Below, one piece after another: positions 52,824 through 60,424 of a stretch of 63,114 nt of DNA. The stretch comes from Candidatus Aenigmatarchaeota archaeon (lineage in GTDB: Archaea; Aenigmatarchaeota; Aenigmatarchaeia; GW2011-AR5; JACRAC01). Under the pieces are notes generated by a model, which ran no database searches, was not told where the DNA came from, and saw only the letters and a list, made by a program, of their open reading frames with translations. Location of the stretch: the NCBI GenBank assembly GCA_016187395.1, contig JACPJV010000009.1, positions 1 to 63,114 of the forward strand, written 5' to 3'. A program made the translations under genes and the position numbers. The first letter of the stretch is position 1. Each line of letters opens with the position of its first letter.

Positions 52824-53318
52824 ATGGAGACGCGGATTATTAACAGGATAAAGAATATTGGCATGCTGATTGCAGGTATCTCTGCCGTGGGTTTTCTAGT
52901 TCTTCTCATCCTCTCCCTGCAGATAGCAGAATCCCAGCATCTTGCATGCCCGGGCTTAACTGCAGGCTGCACCGCGCTCGGTCACTTCCCGCTTCTGGCC
53001 TTTATCGGGCTTGCTGCGCTTGCGGCGCTCATCTTCTCAGGCGGATGGATATACGTGAAGGCGGGCAGAGAGCTTGCATATTCAATGCAGACGCGTACAG
53101 GGCTTCTGGAAGCTGCGAAGAGGCTGAGGGGAGAAGAGAAGGCGCTTTATGATTTTGTTGTGCAAAATGAAGGCACGGCTTTCCAGAACGACATCGTGAA
53201 AAGCCTTAGCTATTCGAAAGTAAAGGTTTCCCGCATTCTGGACAGGCTTGAGACAAAGGGACTCATCGAGCGCAGGCGCAGGGGAATGGCGAATCTTGTC
53301 ATCCTAAAAAGCAGCTGA
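52824..53318 (+). CDS. membrane-tethered winged-helix regulator with Cys pair in the outer loop
   Basis: Two TM helices flank LACPGLTAGCTAL. C-terminal wHTH (QNDIVKSLSYSKVKVSRILDRLETKGLIERRRRG). AAGGTG SD lies 5 nt before the ATG, just after the copA stop. Confidence 0.6.
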   Translation: METRIINRIKNIGMLIAGISAVGFLVLLILSLQIAESQHLACPGLTAGCTALGHFPLLAFIGLAALAALIFSGGWIYVKAGRELAYSMQTRTGLLEAAKRLRGEEKALYDFVVQNEGTAFQNDIVKSLSYSKVKVSRILDRLETKGLIERRRRGMANLVILKSS

Positions 53319-53337
53319 AACCAGTTTCACCCTGTTC

Positions 53338-53345
53338 CGCTATAT
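53338..53345 (+). promoter_or_regulatory. TATA-box candidate for the Cys-motif operon (leaderless)
   Basis: CTATATGC is centred ~27 nt upstream of ATG 53369, and no SD precedes that ATG. Confidence 0.3.
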
Positions 53346-53368
53346 GCTGTTTCGTTCTATATTCTGGC

Positions 53369-53986
53369 ATGAGCGACAACAAGAGCATGGCAGCTATGAC
53401 ACTGGTCATAGTGGCTGTGGCAATCATGGCATTCAACCAGTATACCTTGATGTCCATAAACGGAGGCACAGCTGCAATAACAGGAAACGTCGTGGCTGAG
53501 CAGCAGAACGCAGCCACGCTGCAGGAGGCGATAGACGCGGTCATTCCGAGAGGTGTGCCTGCTGTCTACGGCGAGGAGCTCGGGGTGAGCTTTGACAAGC
53601 CGCAGGAGTCGCTGAACATACTTGCGAATCTGGACGGCGACCTTTATGACAACGGCAAGCTGCACTTCGCTGATTTGACGGCAGAGCAGCAGGAGAGCTA
53701 CAAGCAGATAGGCGCGTCGATTGCATGCGAGTATTGCTGCGGAGCAACCACGCTGATCTTCAGCAACGGCCAGCCTGCGTGCGGGTGCGCGCACTCGGCA
53801 GGCATGAGAGGGCTTGCAATGTATTTGCTCATAAACAATCCAGAAATGAGCAACGAGCAGATTTTGGATGAGCTAACAGACTGGAAGGCGCTGTTCTTCC
53901 CCAAGGAGATGGTTGCCAAATACATGCAGCAGAACGGGCTGACGCAGGGCGCGGCAGAGCTTCCGGATATGGTAGGAGGGTGCTAA
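53369..53986 (+). CDS. single-pass protein with CCG / P-x-CGC Cys cluster and C-terminal MVGGC
   Basis: N-terminal TM. CEYCCGATT...QPACGCAHSAGMRG resembles the PCYCGC-motif family. It ends in LPDMVGGC*. Confidence 0.6.
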   Translation: MSDNKSMAAMTLVIVAVAIMAFNQYTLMSINGGTAAITGNVVAEQQNAATLQEAIDAVIPRGVPAVYGEELGVSFDKPQESLNILANLDGDLYDNGKLHFADLTAEQQESYKQIGASIACEYCCGATTLIFSNGQPACGCAHSAGMRGLAMYLLINNPEMSNEQILDELTDWKALFFPKEMVAKYMQQNGLTQGAAELPDMVGGC

Positions 53987-54008
53987 GCGAATCGTGAGGT
54001 TGATTTCA

Positions 54009-54278
54009 ATGGCAAGAAAAACAGAGGATGAAGAAAATTTAGAAGATGACAGCAAAACCGGGTGGCATGCAAGCAGACAAAGAGAAAGCAGCGTAAGCAC
54101 GGTTCTGATTGTGCTGCTGGCTGTGCTGGTGCTATTCTCTGCAGCGCAGGCTGTGCAATTGGCAGAGATAAGGAGCGAAGGGTTGCCTTTGACAGGAAAC
54201 GTTGCAGCGCCGCAGCAGCAGGCGCAAGTGCCACAAAGCCTGCAGAATGATCTCCCTGAAATGCAGGGTGGTTGCTGA
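54009..54278 (+). CDS. single-pass mini-protein ending in MQGGC
   Basis: GTGAGGTGA SD lies 5 nt before ATG 54009. TM, then LTGNVAAPQQQ, ending in LPEMQGGC*. This resembles the head and tail of 53369..53986. Confidence 0.5.
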   Translation: MARKTEDEENLEDDSKTGWHASRQRESSVSTVLIVLLAVLVLFSAAQAVQLAEIRSEGLPLTGNVAAPQQQAQVPQSLQNDLPEMQGGC

Positions 54279-54336
54279 TGTGTTTTGTTTTAATTTTGTA
54301 TCATCTTCAGAGGGAAATTTGGAAAGGAGGTGTTGT

Positions 54337-54462
54337 ATGAAAAGATGCTTAGAAACGCGCGGAAAGGGTGAGAGAGAAATGAAGGTAAAGATGTGTAGCA
54401 TGGCTGGCGAATGCAGATGCGGCAATGATGACTGCTGCTCACGGAAGGGTGAAAAGGAATAA
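54337..54462 (+). CDS. 41-aa Cys-rich micropeptide
   Basis: GGAGGTG lies 4 nt before the ATG. Sequence MKRCLETRGKGEREMKVKMCSMAGECRCGNDDCCSRKGEKE*. Confidence 0.45.
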   Translation: MKRCLETRGKGEREMKVKMCSMAGECRCGNDDCCSRKGEKE

Positions 54463-54484
54463 CATACATTTACGAGGTGCTATT

Positions 54485-55045
54485 ATGATAAAAACAAAAA
54501 GAATTTTTCTGATGATCATAGGCTTTTTCACTTTAATTTCTCTTTCAATACCTGCATTTGCGCACTGCCCGCTGTGCACGGCTGCGACAGGAGCGGTTGT
54601 CGCTGGCGCGCGGGTTGCGGGAATAGACGACGCGGTCGTAGGCACGTTCATAGGCGCTTTTATTGTATCAACGGGATTTTGGACAACCAGGATAATCAAC
54701 AAAACATTCAATAAAAAATTGCTCACTGCGGCTCGTTATCATAAATTGCAAAACATTTTCAATCCCTACATGCTTTCAGCTGTGTTTGCTGTTATGACGA
54801 TAGCGAGTTTTTATGTTTCAGGATTGCTGGGCGCGATGCCTGAATACACATTTATCTTCGGGATGGAAAGGCTGCTGTTTGGGATTATCATGGGAAGCAT
54901 TTTGAGTGCGGCATCATTCAGATTCCATTCACTGGCCAGAAGCATGCATCAGAACAGGAACTACTTTCCGATGCAGGGGATTATAATGCCTTTGCTTGTT
55001 TTGGCTGCAGCTGATTTTGGACTGTATGTGGTGGGTTTGATATGA
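54485..55045 (+). CDS. polytopic membrane protein with HCPLC after the signal-like segment
   Basis: GAGGTG lies 5 nt before the ATG. FFTLISLSIPAFAHCPLCTAATGAVVAG, followed by several TM helices. Confidence 0.55.
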   Translation: MIKTKRIFLMIIGFFTLISLSIPAFAHCPLCTAATGAVVAGARVAGIDDAVVGTFIGAFIVSTGFWTTRIINKTFNKKLLTAARYHKLQNIFNPYMLSAVFAVMTIASFYVSGLLGAMPEYTFIFGMERLLFGIIMGSILSAASFRFHSLARSMHQNRNYFPMQGIIMPLLVLAAADFGLYVVGLI

Positions 55046-55476
55046 GAGGAAAAAATTCAGGAGGTGATTTATCGAAGGCGCAGGATCTTGTGATGGCCAC
55101 GGTGAATCTCATAGCGCTGGAGGAGCATCTGGCATTCACCGCACTGAAGACAGGCGAGAGGGATTTTTACGAGATTGCAAGAGGCGTGCGTAAAATCCGG
55201 ATACAATGCCTGCGTGAACTTATAGGCGAGCCAAAGGGCGAACTATGGTGCTCGTCCAAGCACACGCTTTCGGCAATGATGCGGATGTTTGAGGTAGCCA
55301 GCAAGGAGGAAGGCGAGAAGTGCAAATTTTATCTGGATTTCGCCTTTGACCTGTACAAGCTCTTTTGGCTGTTCAGGGAGGTTGCGAGGGGACAAAATGA
55401 CGAGCTTCGCTCGTCCATACGCCACCGCGGTGATGCGGATGAAATTAAAGCTGGAAAAACTGAAGTCAAAGCTTGA
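55042..55476 (+). CDS. soluble helical hypothetical protein
   Basis: ATGA overlap with the upstream gene. 144 aa, no motif recognised. Confidence 0.5.
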   Translation: MRGKNSGGDLSKAQDLVMATVNLIALEEHLAFTALKTGERDFYEIARGVRKIRIQCLRELIGEPKGELWCSSKHTLSAMMRMFEVASKEEGEKCKFYLDFAFDLYKLFWLFREVARGQNDELRSSIRHRGDADEIKAGKTEVKA

Positions 55477-55523
55477 CAAGGCTCTGAAAGATGCATTAGC
55501 CTGCTGCTTTGAGGAGTGAGAAT

Positions 55524-55913
55524 ATGAAAGGAATCTATATTGCGGTTGTCGTGTTTGCAATTGTGGTTGTAGGGGCAGTTTTGGCAATATCAGCAGCACC
55601 ATCAGAAGGCATAAGGCTTCCTTATTATGCAACAAGCCAGCCGATGACAAAGGAGGCTTATATGTTCGCTGTCGAGAATCCGGAACAGCTGAATGGAATA
55701 AATTGTTACTGCGGCTGCATGCAGCATTCGCACAGCGGTCGCATCCATAGCCGTGGTCTATTAGACTGCTTCATGAAGGAAGACGGTTCATTTGAAAAAC
55801 ATGCAAGCGAGTGCGACATGTGTCTTAATGATGCATTGGCAGTGAAGCAGATGAGCCTTGATGGAGTGCAGAAAGATGAAATAAAAGCCGCGATTGATGA
55901 TAAGTATAGGTGA
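55524..55913 (+). CDS. PCYCGC-motif family single-pass protein
   Basis: GAGGAGTGA SD. TM, then NCYCGCMQHSHSG...LLDCF...HASECDMC. Confidence 0.6.
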   Translation: MKGIYIAVVVFAIVVVGAVLAISAAPSEGIRLPYYATSQPMTKEAYMFAVENPEQLNGINCYCGCMQHSHSGRIHSRGLLDCFMKEDGSFEKHASECDMCLNDALAVKQMSLDGVQKDEIKAAIDDKYR

Positions 55914-55918
55914 ATGCA

Positions 55919-56161
55919 ATGAGCGAAAAAATAAAACCGAAGGCGCTGGCGCTGACCTTCGCCACAGCAGCCTTTATCCTTGATGTGGCGGGCTATGTGT
56001 GGCACGGACTGCTTGGACAGCCATCTTTTATGAATGATCTCTACCCGGGATTCTGGGGCGACCCTGTGCTCCTGCTCTGGGGATTGGCAGGCACGCTGGC
56101 AGGCGCTTATGTGCTCGGCTACATATTCGCCTGGGTTTACAACTGGGCGGAAAAGAGGTGA
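55919..56161 (+). CDS. small two-TM membrane protein
   Basis: AGGTGA SD lies 5 nt before the ATG. 80 aa. Confidence 0.5.
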   Translation: MSEKIKPKALALTFATAAFILDVAGYVWHGLLGQPSFMNDLYPGFWGDPVLLLWGLAGTLAGAYVLGYIFAWVYNWAEKR

Positions 56162-56165
56162 TTAG

Positions 56166-56525
56166 ATGAAGGGAAGAAAGGGCAAGAAATCCGGGGCAGC
56201 ATTAGGAATAGCGTTGACACTGGTTGCTGCAGTTTTGGTTTTGGCAGCATCTATTTCCTTTGCACACGGAAGTTCAGAAAACAGCAGTACAATGAATCAT
56301 GGAATGACAGGCGTTCAGTCTGGAAGCATGATGCAGGCGCATGCAATGATGGGCGGACATACGAGCAGCATGATGAATCATATGAGCATGGTGCAGGATC
56401 ATCATGATGGCACTGCAGAAGAAGGTATAGAAAACATGATAAAACACATGGATGAGGACGGCGACGGAGAATGCGATTTTTGCAAAATGTCCGTAGATGC
56501 ATGCAAAAGGATGATGAGCGAATGA
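56166..56525 (+). CDS. secreted Met/His-rich protein (Cu(I)-binding-like)
   Basis: Signal/TM, then MNHGMTGVQSGSMMQAHAMMGGHTSSMMNHMSMVQDHHDG and the C-terminal CDFCKMSVDAC. Confidence 0.6.
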   Translation: MKGRKGKKSGAALGIALTLVAAVLVLAASISFAHGSSENSSTMNHGMTGVQSGSMMQAHAMMGGHTSSMMNHMSMVQDHHDGTAEEGIENMIKHMDEDGDGECDFCKMSVDACKRMMSE

Positions 56526-56534
56526 ATGCACGTT

Positions 56535-56600
56535 TGTGAGCAGGAGCAAAGCTCCTGCTACACAGCAAGAGCTTCGCTCTTGCTTGTGCCGCAGCACAAG
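56535..56600. repeat. triple-hairpin repeat module inside the operon
   Basis: TGTGAGCAGGAGC aaa GCTCCTGCT(A)CACA, GCAAGAGC ttcg CTCTTGC and TTGTGC cgca GCACAA. Same stem types as the other loci. Confidence 0.55.
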
Positions 56601-56614
56601 CGTGGGGTTTGATC

Positions 56615-57115
56615 ATGATTAGCAAGAACGGTAATAGTGCAAAGAGGGCAGGAACTGCAGGAGCCACGGCAGGCGGACTTGGCTTCAGTTTTGCGACGTG
56701 CCACAGCGTATGCCAGGCATTGTTGTCCGTGTTCGCTATAGCAGGCATTACCTTGCTGGGAATGCCCCTTGCATTCCTGGAACCGTACAGCGTGCCGCTG
56801 CTGATTCTTGCTGCCATATCAATCGGGATAAGTGTGTGGATGTGCAAAAGGCATCATCTGCCCCTGCGCACGCTGCTCAAGCCTTTTGGAATAGGGCTTC
56901 TGGCTGCGTTGGTGATAGTGCTGTCAGTCTTCAGCTTCACCGTGCTAGCTACTGGCGAGATTGGCGCAAGCGCAGATGCGAATGCTGCGGCAGGCGGCGC
57001 GGGAACCAGCCAGTTTCCTGACAAGTGCGCTGTGCCGGAAGGCTACACAGAAGAGGAATGGATTCAGCACATGGGGCATCATCCTGATTTGTATGCGGAA
57101 TGCCTGGGTGGATAA
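56615..57115 (+). CDS. polytopic membrane protein with CHSVC motif
   Basis: A Gly-rich segment then FATCHSVCQALL in the first TM. C-terminal tail CAVPEGYTEEEWIQHMGHHPDLYAEC. Confidence 0.55.
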   Translation: MISKNGNSAKRAGTAGATAGGLGFSFATCHSVCQALLSVFAIAGITLLGMPLAFLEPYSVPLLILAAISIGISVWMCKRHHLPLRTLLKPFGIGLLAALVIVLSVFSFTVLATGEIGASADANAAAGGAGTSQFPDKCAVPEGYTEEEWIQHMGHHPDLYAECLGG

Positions 57116-57116
57116 G

Positions 57117-57206
57117 ATGACAAAAGATTCCATAAGATATACATGCAGCTGCGACTGCAGGATTTCAAGGAAAGAATGTTCATGCAGGAACATCGAATCT
57201 TGCTGA
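57117..57206 (+). CDS. 29-aa Cys-rich micropeptide
   Basis: GGGTGGA lies 4 nt before the ATG, which is 1 nt after the upstream stop. Sequence MTKDSIRYTCSCDCRISRKECSCRNIESC*. Confidence 0.4.
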   Translation: MTKDSIRYTCSCDCRISRKECSCRNIESC

Positions 57207-57223
57207 AGATTGGGGGTGATATC

Positions 57224-57265
57224 ATGAAGAAAAAACAAAAGAAAAAGCAGCATGGATGCTGCTAG
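57224..57265 (+). CDS. 13-aa Lys-rich micropeptide ending in GCC
   Basis: GGGGGTGA lies 4 nt before the ATG. Sequence MKKKQKKKQHGCC*. Confidence 0.3.
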   Translation: MKKKQKKKQHGCC

Positions 57266-57276
57266 GAGGTTTCAAC

Positions 57277-57750
57277 CTACACCCTGGCGTAAGTTGAACT
57301 TCTTGCCCCTTTTGCTGGAGCGCTCGCTCCTGTCAGGTCCAAAAATTTCCTGCGAAGCCTCTGAATAGCAGGATCTCTGCTGCTTGCTCTTGCGTATGGC
57401 GGGGCGCGGAAGGCAAGCGTACCATCCTCTAAGCATGGAACAATCTGCATAATTTCACCCTGCGTATCCAGCAAATATCTGCGGAAAGGCGTCTGCAAGA
57501 TCGGGCGCAGGTCTTCCCTTCCGTTCGAATGTCTAAGAAATCTGGCTAGATAAAATCCATCTGATGCGAAAGGTGTTCGCGTATATACAAATGCCACATC
57601 AACTCTTCTTCCACCCATTGAGGTGCCTTCTGCAACCACGATGTATCCAGGCTCACAATTTGGCAAATCTTCAAGAAGGTCGCCGGGAATAACAAGAGTA
57701 TTCTCGTTCACGCCATGGTTTGAAGCATGACCTACAGCTCTATCCCTCAT
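57277..57750 (-). CDS. hypothetical protein
   Basis: ATG 57750 lies ~25 nt downstream of a CTTTAAATAT box (57771-57780, minus strand). The track ORF starts at TTG 57765. Confidence 0.45.
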   Translation of the reverse strand: MRDRAVGHASNHGVNENTLVIPGDLLEDLPNCEPGYIVVAEGTSMGGRRVDVAFVYTRTPFASDGFYLARFLRHSNGREDLRPILQTPFRRYLLDTQGEIMQIVPCLEDGTLAFRAPPYARASSRDPAIQRLRRKFLDLTGASAPAKGARSSTYARV

Positions 57751-57786
57751 GTCTGAACAATGCAAGGAAAATATTTAAAGGAAAAA

Positions 57787-59214
57787 TCATACCGGTATTT
57801 TTACCGCTTTCTTCTGGGATGTTTCTTTCTTTGGTTCTCCAAAGACCTTCACGCTTTTGATATTGACGAATTCTAACAGTCCATAGCGCGAAAGCTCGCG
57901 GCCGTAGCCGCTTTTTTTAATACCACCGAAAGGCATTCGAGGATCTGATCGTGGAGTGCCATTCACAAAAACAACGCCTGCCTCTATGCGTTTCGCAAGC
58001 TTTTCACCTTTCTTCACATCTGAGGTCCAGATGCTTGCGCCAAGCCCGTAGTCTGTTTTATTAGATATGCTTACTGAGTTGCGGTCGGTTTTTGCCGGTA
58101 TTATTGCTGCGACAGGCCCGAAAACCTCCTCGTTGAAAAGACGCATGCCTCTTTTGACATTTGTGATGGCAGTTGGCTCGTAGAAGAAGCCGTTGCCTTC
58201 CATGCGCCGACCGCCTAAAAGCAATTTAGCCCCCTTGCTTAGCGCGTCAGCAACTTGCTCTTCCAGCCCCTGTCTTTGTTCTTCCCTGACAAGAGGGCCT
58301 ACCTGCGTTGCCGGATCCATAGGATCGCCAACTTTATATTTTCTCATATTTTCCGCAAAAAGCTGCTCAAATTCCTGCAGGCGATTTTCCACAACAATGA
58401 ATCTTTTAGCAGCTATGCAGCTTTGCCCTGTGTTATGAAGACGTCCTTTGGCTGCAGCTTCACACGCCTTTTGCATATCCGCGTCAGACAAAACAATGAA
58501 CGGATCGCTGCCGCCTAATTCCAGAACGCATTTTTTCAGGTATTTTCCTGCTGTTTTCGCTATGTCTATCCCTGCTTCTACGCTTCCTGTTAATGAAACG
58601 GCATTAACATACCTTGATCTTATCAGCGCATGCACGGTTGCATGATCAGTGATTATAGAGCGAAAGGTGCTTTCAGGAAATCCTGCCTCGACAAAACACT
58701 GTTCTATTGCAAGGGCACATTGAGGCACAATGTTAGAGTGGCGGAGTATAACACAATTCCCAGCTGCAAGGGCAGGCACGGCACAGCGGAATGCCTGTGA
58801 GAAGGGATAATTCCAGGGCATTATCGCAAGTATGGTTCCTAAAGGTTCGAATGCAATATAGCTTTTTGTTGCATCTGTCTGGACGATTTCAGGCTTAAGA
58901 AAATTCTCTGAATTGTCAGCGTAATATTCGCAGATAAGGACGCATTTTTCTATTTCTGACTCTGCTTCCGCAACAGGCTTTCCCATCTCTGTCGTAATCA
59001 GGCGTGCGTAGGATTGCTTATTCTTTCGCAGAACATTCGCAAGCTTTCTCAGAAAGGATGCCCTTTCCTTTACCTTAATGCGCCTCCATTTCCTGAATGC
59101 CCTCCTCACTTCCTTGGCTACCGCCTTGGCTTCTTTCACAGCTTCTGAACCGCTTATTGCCTCGAACTCGCGGTTTACCTGTTCGGTGGCAGGATTGATG
59201 GACTGGATATTCAT
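57787..59214 (-). CDS. NAD(P)-dependent (succinate-)semialdehyde dehydrogenase family
   Basis: MPWNYPF, LELGGSDPFIV and HNTGQSCIAAKR catalytic-Cys context. Confidence 0.88.
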   Translation of the reverse strand: MNIQSINPATEQVNREFEAISGSEAVKEAKAVAKEVRRAFRKWRRIKVKERASFLRKLANVLRKNKQSYARLITTEMGKPVAEAESEIEKCVLICEYYADNSENFLKPEIVQTDATKSYIAFEPLGTILAIMPWNYPFSQAFRCAVPALAAGNCVILRHSNIVPQCALAIEQCFVEAGFPESTFRSIITDHATVHALIRSRYVNAVSLTGSVEAGIDIAKTAGKYLKKCVLELGGSDPFIVLSDADMQKACEAAAKGRLHNTGQSCIAAKRFIVVENRLQEFEQLFAENMRKYKVGDPMDPATQVGPLVREEQRQGLEEQVADALSKGAKLLLGGRRMEGNGFFYEPTAITNVKRGMRLFNEEVFGPVAAIIPAKTDRNSVSISNKTDYGLGASIWTSDVKKGEKLAKRIEAGVVFVNGTPRSDPRMPFGGIKKSGYGRELSRYGLLEFVNIKSVKVFGEPKKETSQKKAVKIPV

Positions 59215-59261
59215 GCGTAGAATTTAGAATCGGAGGAATAAAAGCATTTTTCCAGCCCTTG

Positions 59262-59714
59262 CTATTTCCTGAACCCACCAAGATAGTTGAGCACAAAGAG
59301 CAGCAGCCCTATGCTCACCAGGTTCAAAAGCCAGCTGAACTGGACGAAGAACGTGAACGCGCTGACAGGCAAAAACAGCGCGCCAAGCGAGGCGCAGGCA
59401 GGGCACTGCGCGATCAGGAGGCCGATGAAATAACCAGCCCCGCTAACTCCTGTTCCTTTTGCTTTCATGTTAATCGGGCATGCCTTTGGCTGGCGCCACG
59501 TATAAACCTGATAGGAGACTGTTATCCCGAAAAGCACGGCGAAAATCACAAACAGGATTGCATTATACCACGGTATAATGGATATCCAGATGTCAAAATT
59601 CGCGATATTAAACAGTACCTGCGTGTAGATGTAGATAAATGCAAATACAACAGAAGACGCAGCTGCAAGCAGAAGATAACTGCGCATCTTCAGGACTTCG
59701 ACCAGTTTCATCAC
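59262..59714 (-). CDS. polytopic membrane protein with CPAC motif
   Basis: GTGVSGAGYFIGLLIAQCPACASLGALFLP within a four-TM protein. Confidence 0.55.
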   Translation of the reverse strand: MMKLVEVLKMRSYLLLAAASSVVFAFIYIYTQVLFNIANFDIWISIIPWYNAILFVIFAVLFGITVSYQVYTWRQPKACPINMKAKGTGVSGAGYFIGLLIAQCPACASLGALFLPVSAFTFFVQFSWLLNLVSIGLLLFVLNYLGGFRK

Positions 59715-59780
59715 GCCACCTTTCCAATGCCTGTTTTTAAATGTCAGGCTTAATTAAAACACAAGTCAAAAAATCGCAAA

Positions 59781-60410
59781 TCAATTCTGCGGCTCAAACT
59801 CCTCGCGCTCTGCATGGCCATCACCATGCCCTTCATGACCTGAGCCGCCGCATCCGTCTTCCAAATCCCAGACTTCAGCGATCTGTTCAGAATCGAAATT
59901 GTATTCAGTAATCAGGTATTTTGCCTGCCCTTCGAACGCGTACCAGCGCCAGCACTTGCAGCAGCAGGGTCCGCCTTCGTGAGACATCTGCATAGCTTCG
60001 TCATATACAGCCTGCTGCTCTGGCGTTAATTGAATAGTTTTCTGGTAATCCAGAAGCTCCTCTGCAAGGGAGCGGGGAATGTCGTATGGGTCGGGAGGGA
60101 TTTTATCTATATGCGAATATTTCTTCAGCCCTTCCACCTGCTCCGCATACCTGTGAAAATCCATGGCAGAGCAGCAGGCGCCCTGCAGCCTGTCTCCCTG
60201 AACGCGCTCAAGGATATCCGGGCCTGCGCAGAAGTTTGTGCCTGCCTTGCTGAGCAGGGCGAATTTTGCTGTGAGGGTGTCAGACGAATGAGCCTCGGTT
60301 TCTATGTGCGGCTTTGGCAGAAAAATGAAGGTGCTTGCAACAACGACTACTAAGATGACAGAAGCAATAATTACAAGTGAGCTTTTTTTAACGGCAATTT
60401 CTTCCTTCAT
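59781..60410 (-). CDS. single-pass Cys-cluster protein, paralog-like to 53369..53986
   Basis: TM, GACCSAMDFH ... GGPCCCKCWRWYAFEGQAKYLITEYNFDSEQIAEVW, and a C-terminal GCGGSGHEGHGDGH. Trimmed to ATG 60410. Confidence 0.55.
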   Translation of the reverse strand: MKEEIAVKKSSLVIIASVILVVVVASTFIFLPKPHIETEAHSSDTLTAKFALLSKAGTNFCAGPDILERVQGDRLQGACCSAMDFHRYAEQVEGLKKYSHIDKIPPDPYDIPRSLAEELLDYQKTIQLTPEQQAVYDEAMQMSHEGGPCCCKCWRWYAFEGQAKYLITEYNFDSEQIAEVWDLEDGCGGSGHEGHGDGHAEREEFEPQN

Positions 60411-60424
60411 TTTATCACCGATGT

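Noticed and set aside
57300-57345. GGAGCG ct CGCTCC palindrome as another repeat copy
   Set aside because: It lies inside ORF 57277..57750, has a 2-nt loop, and lacks the conserved linkers.
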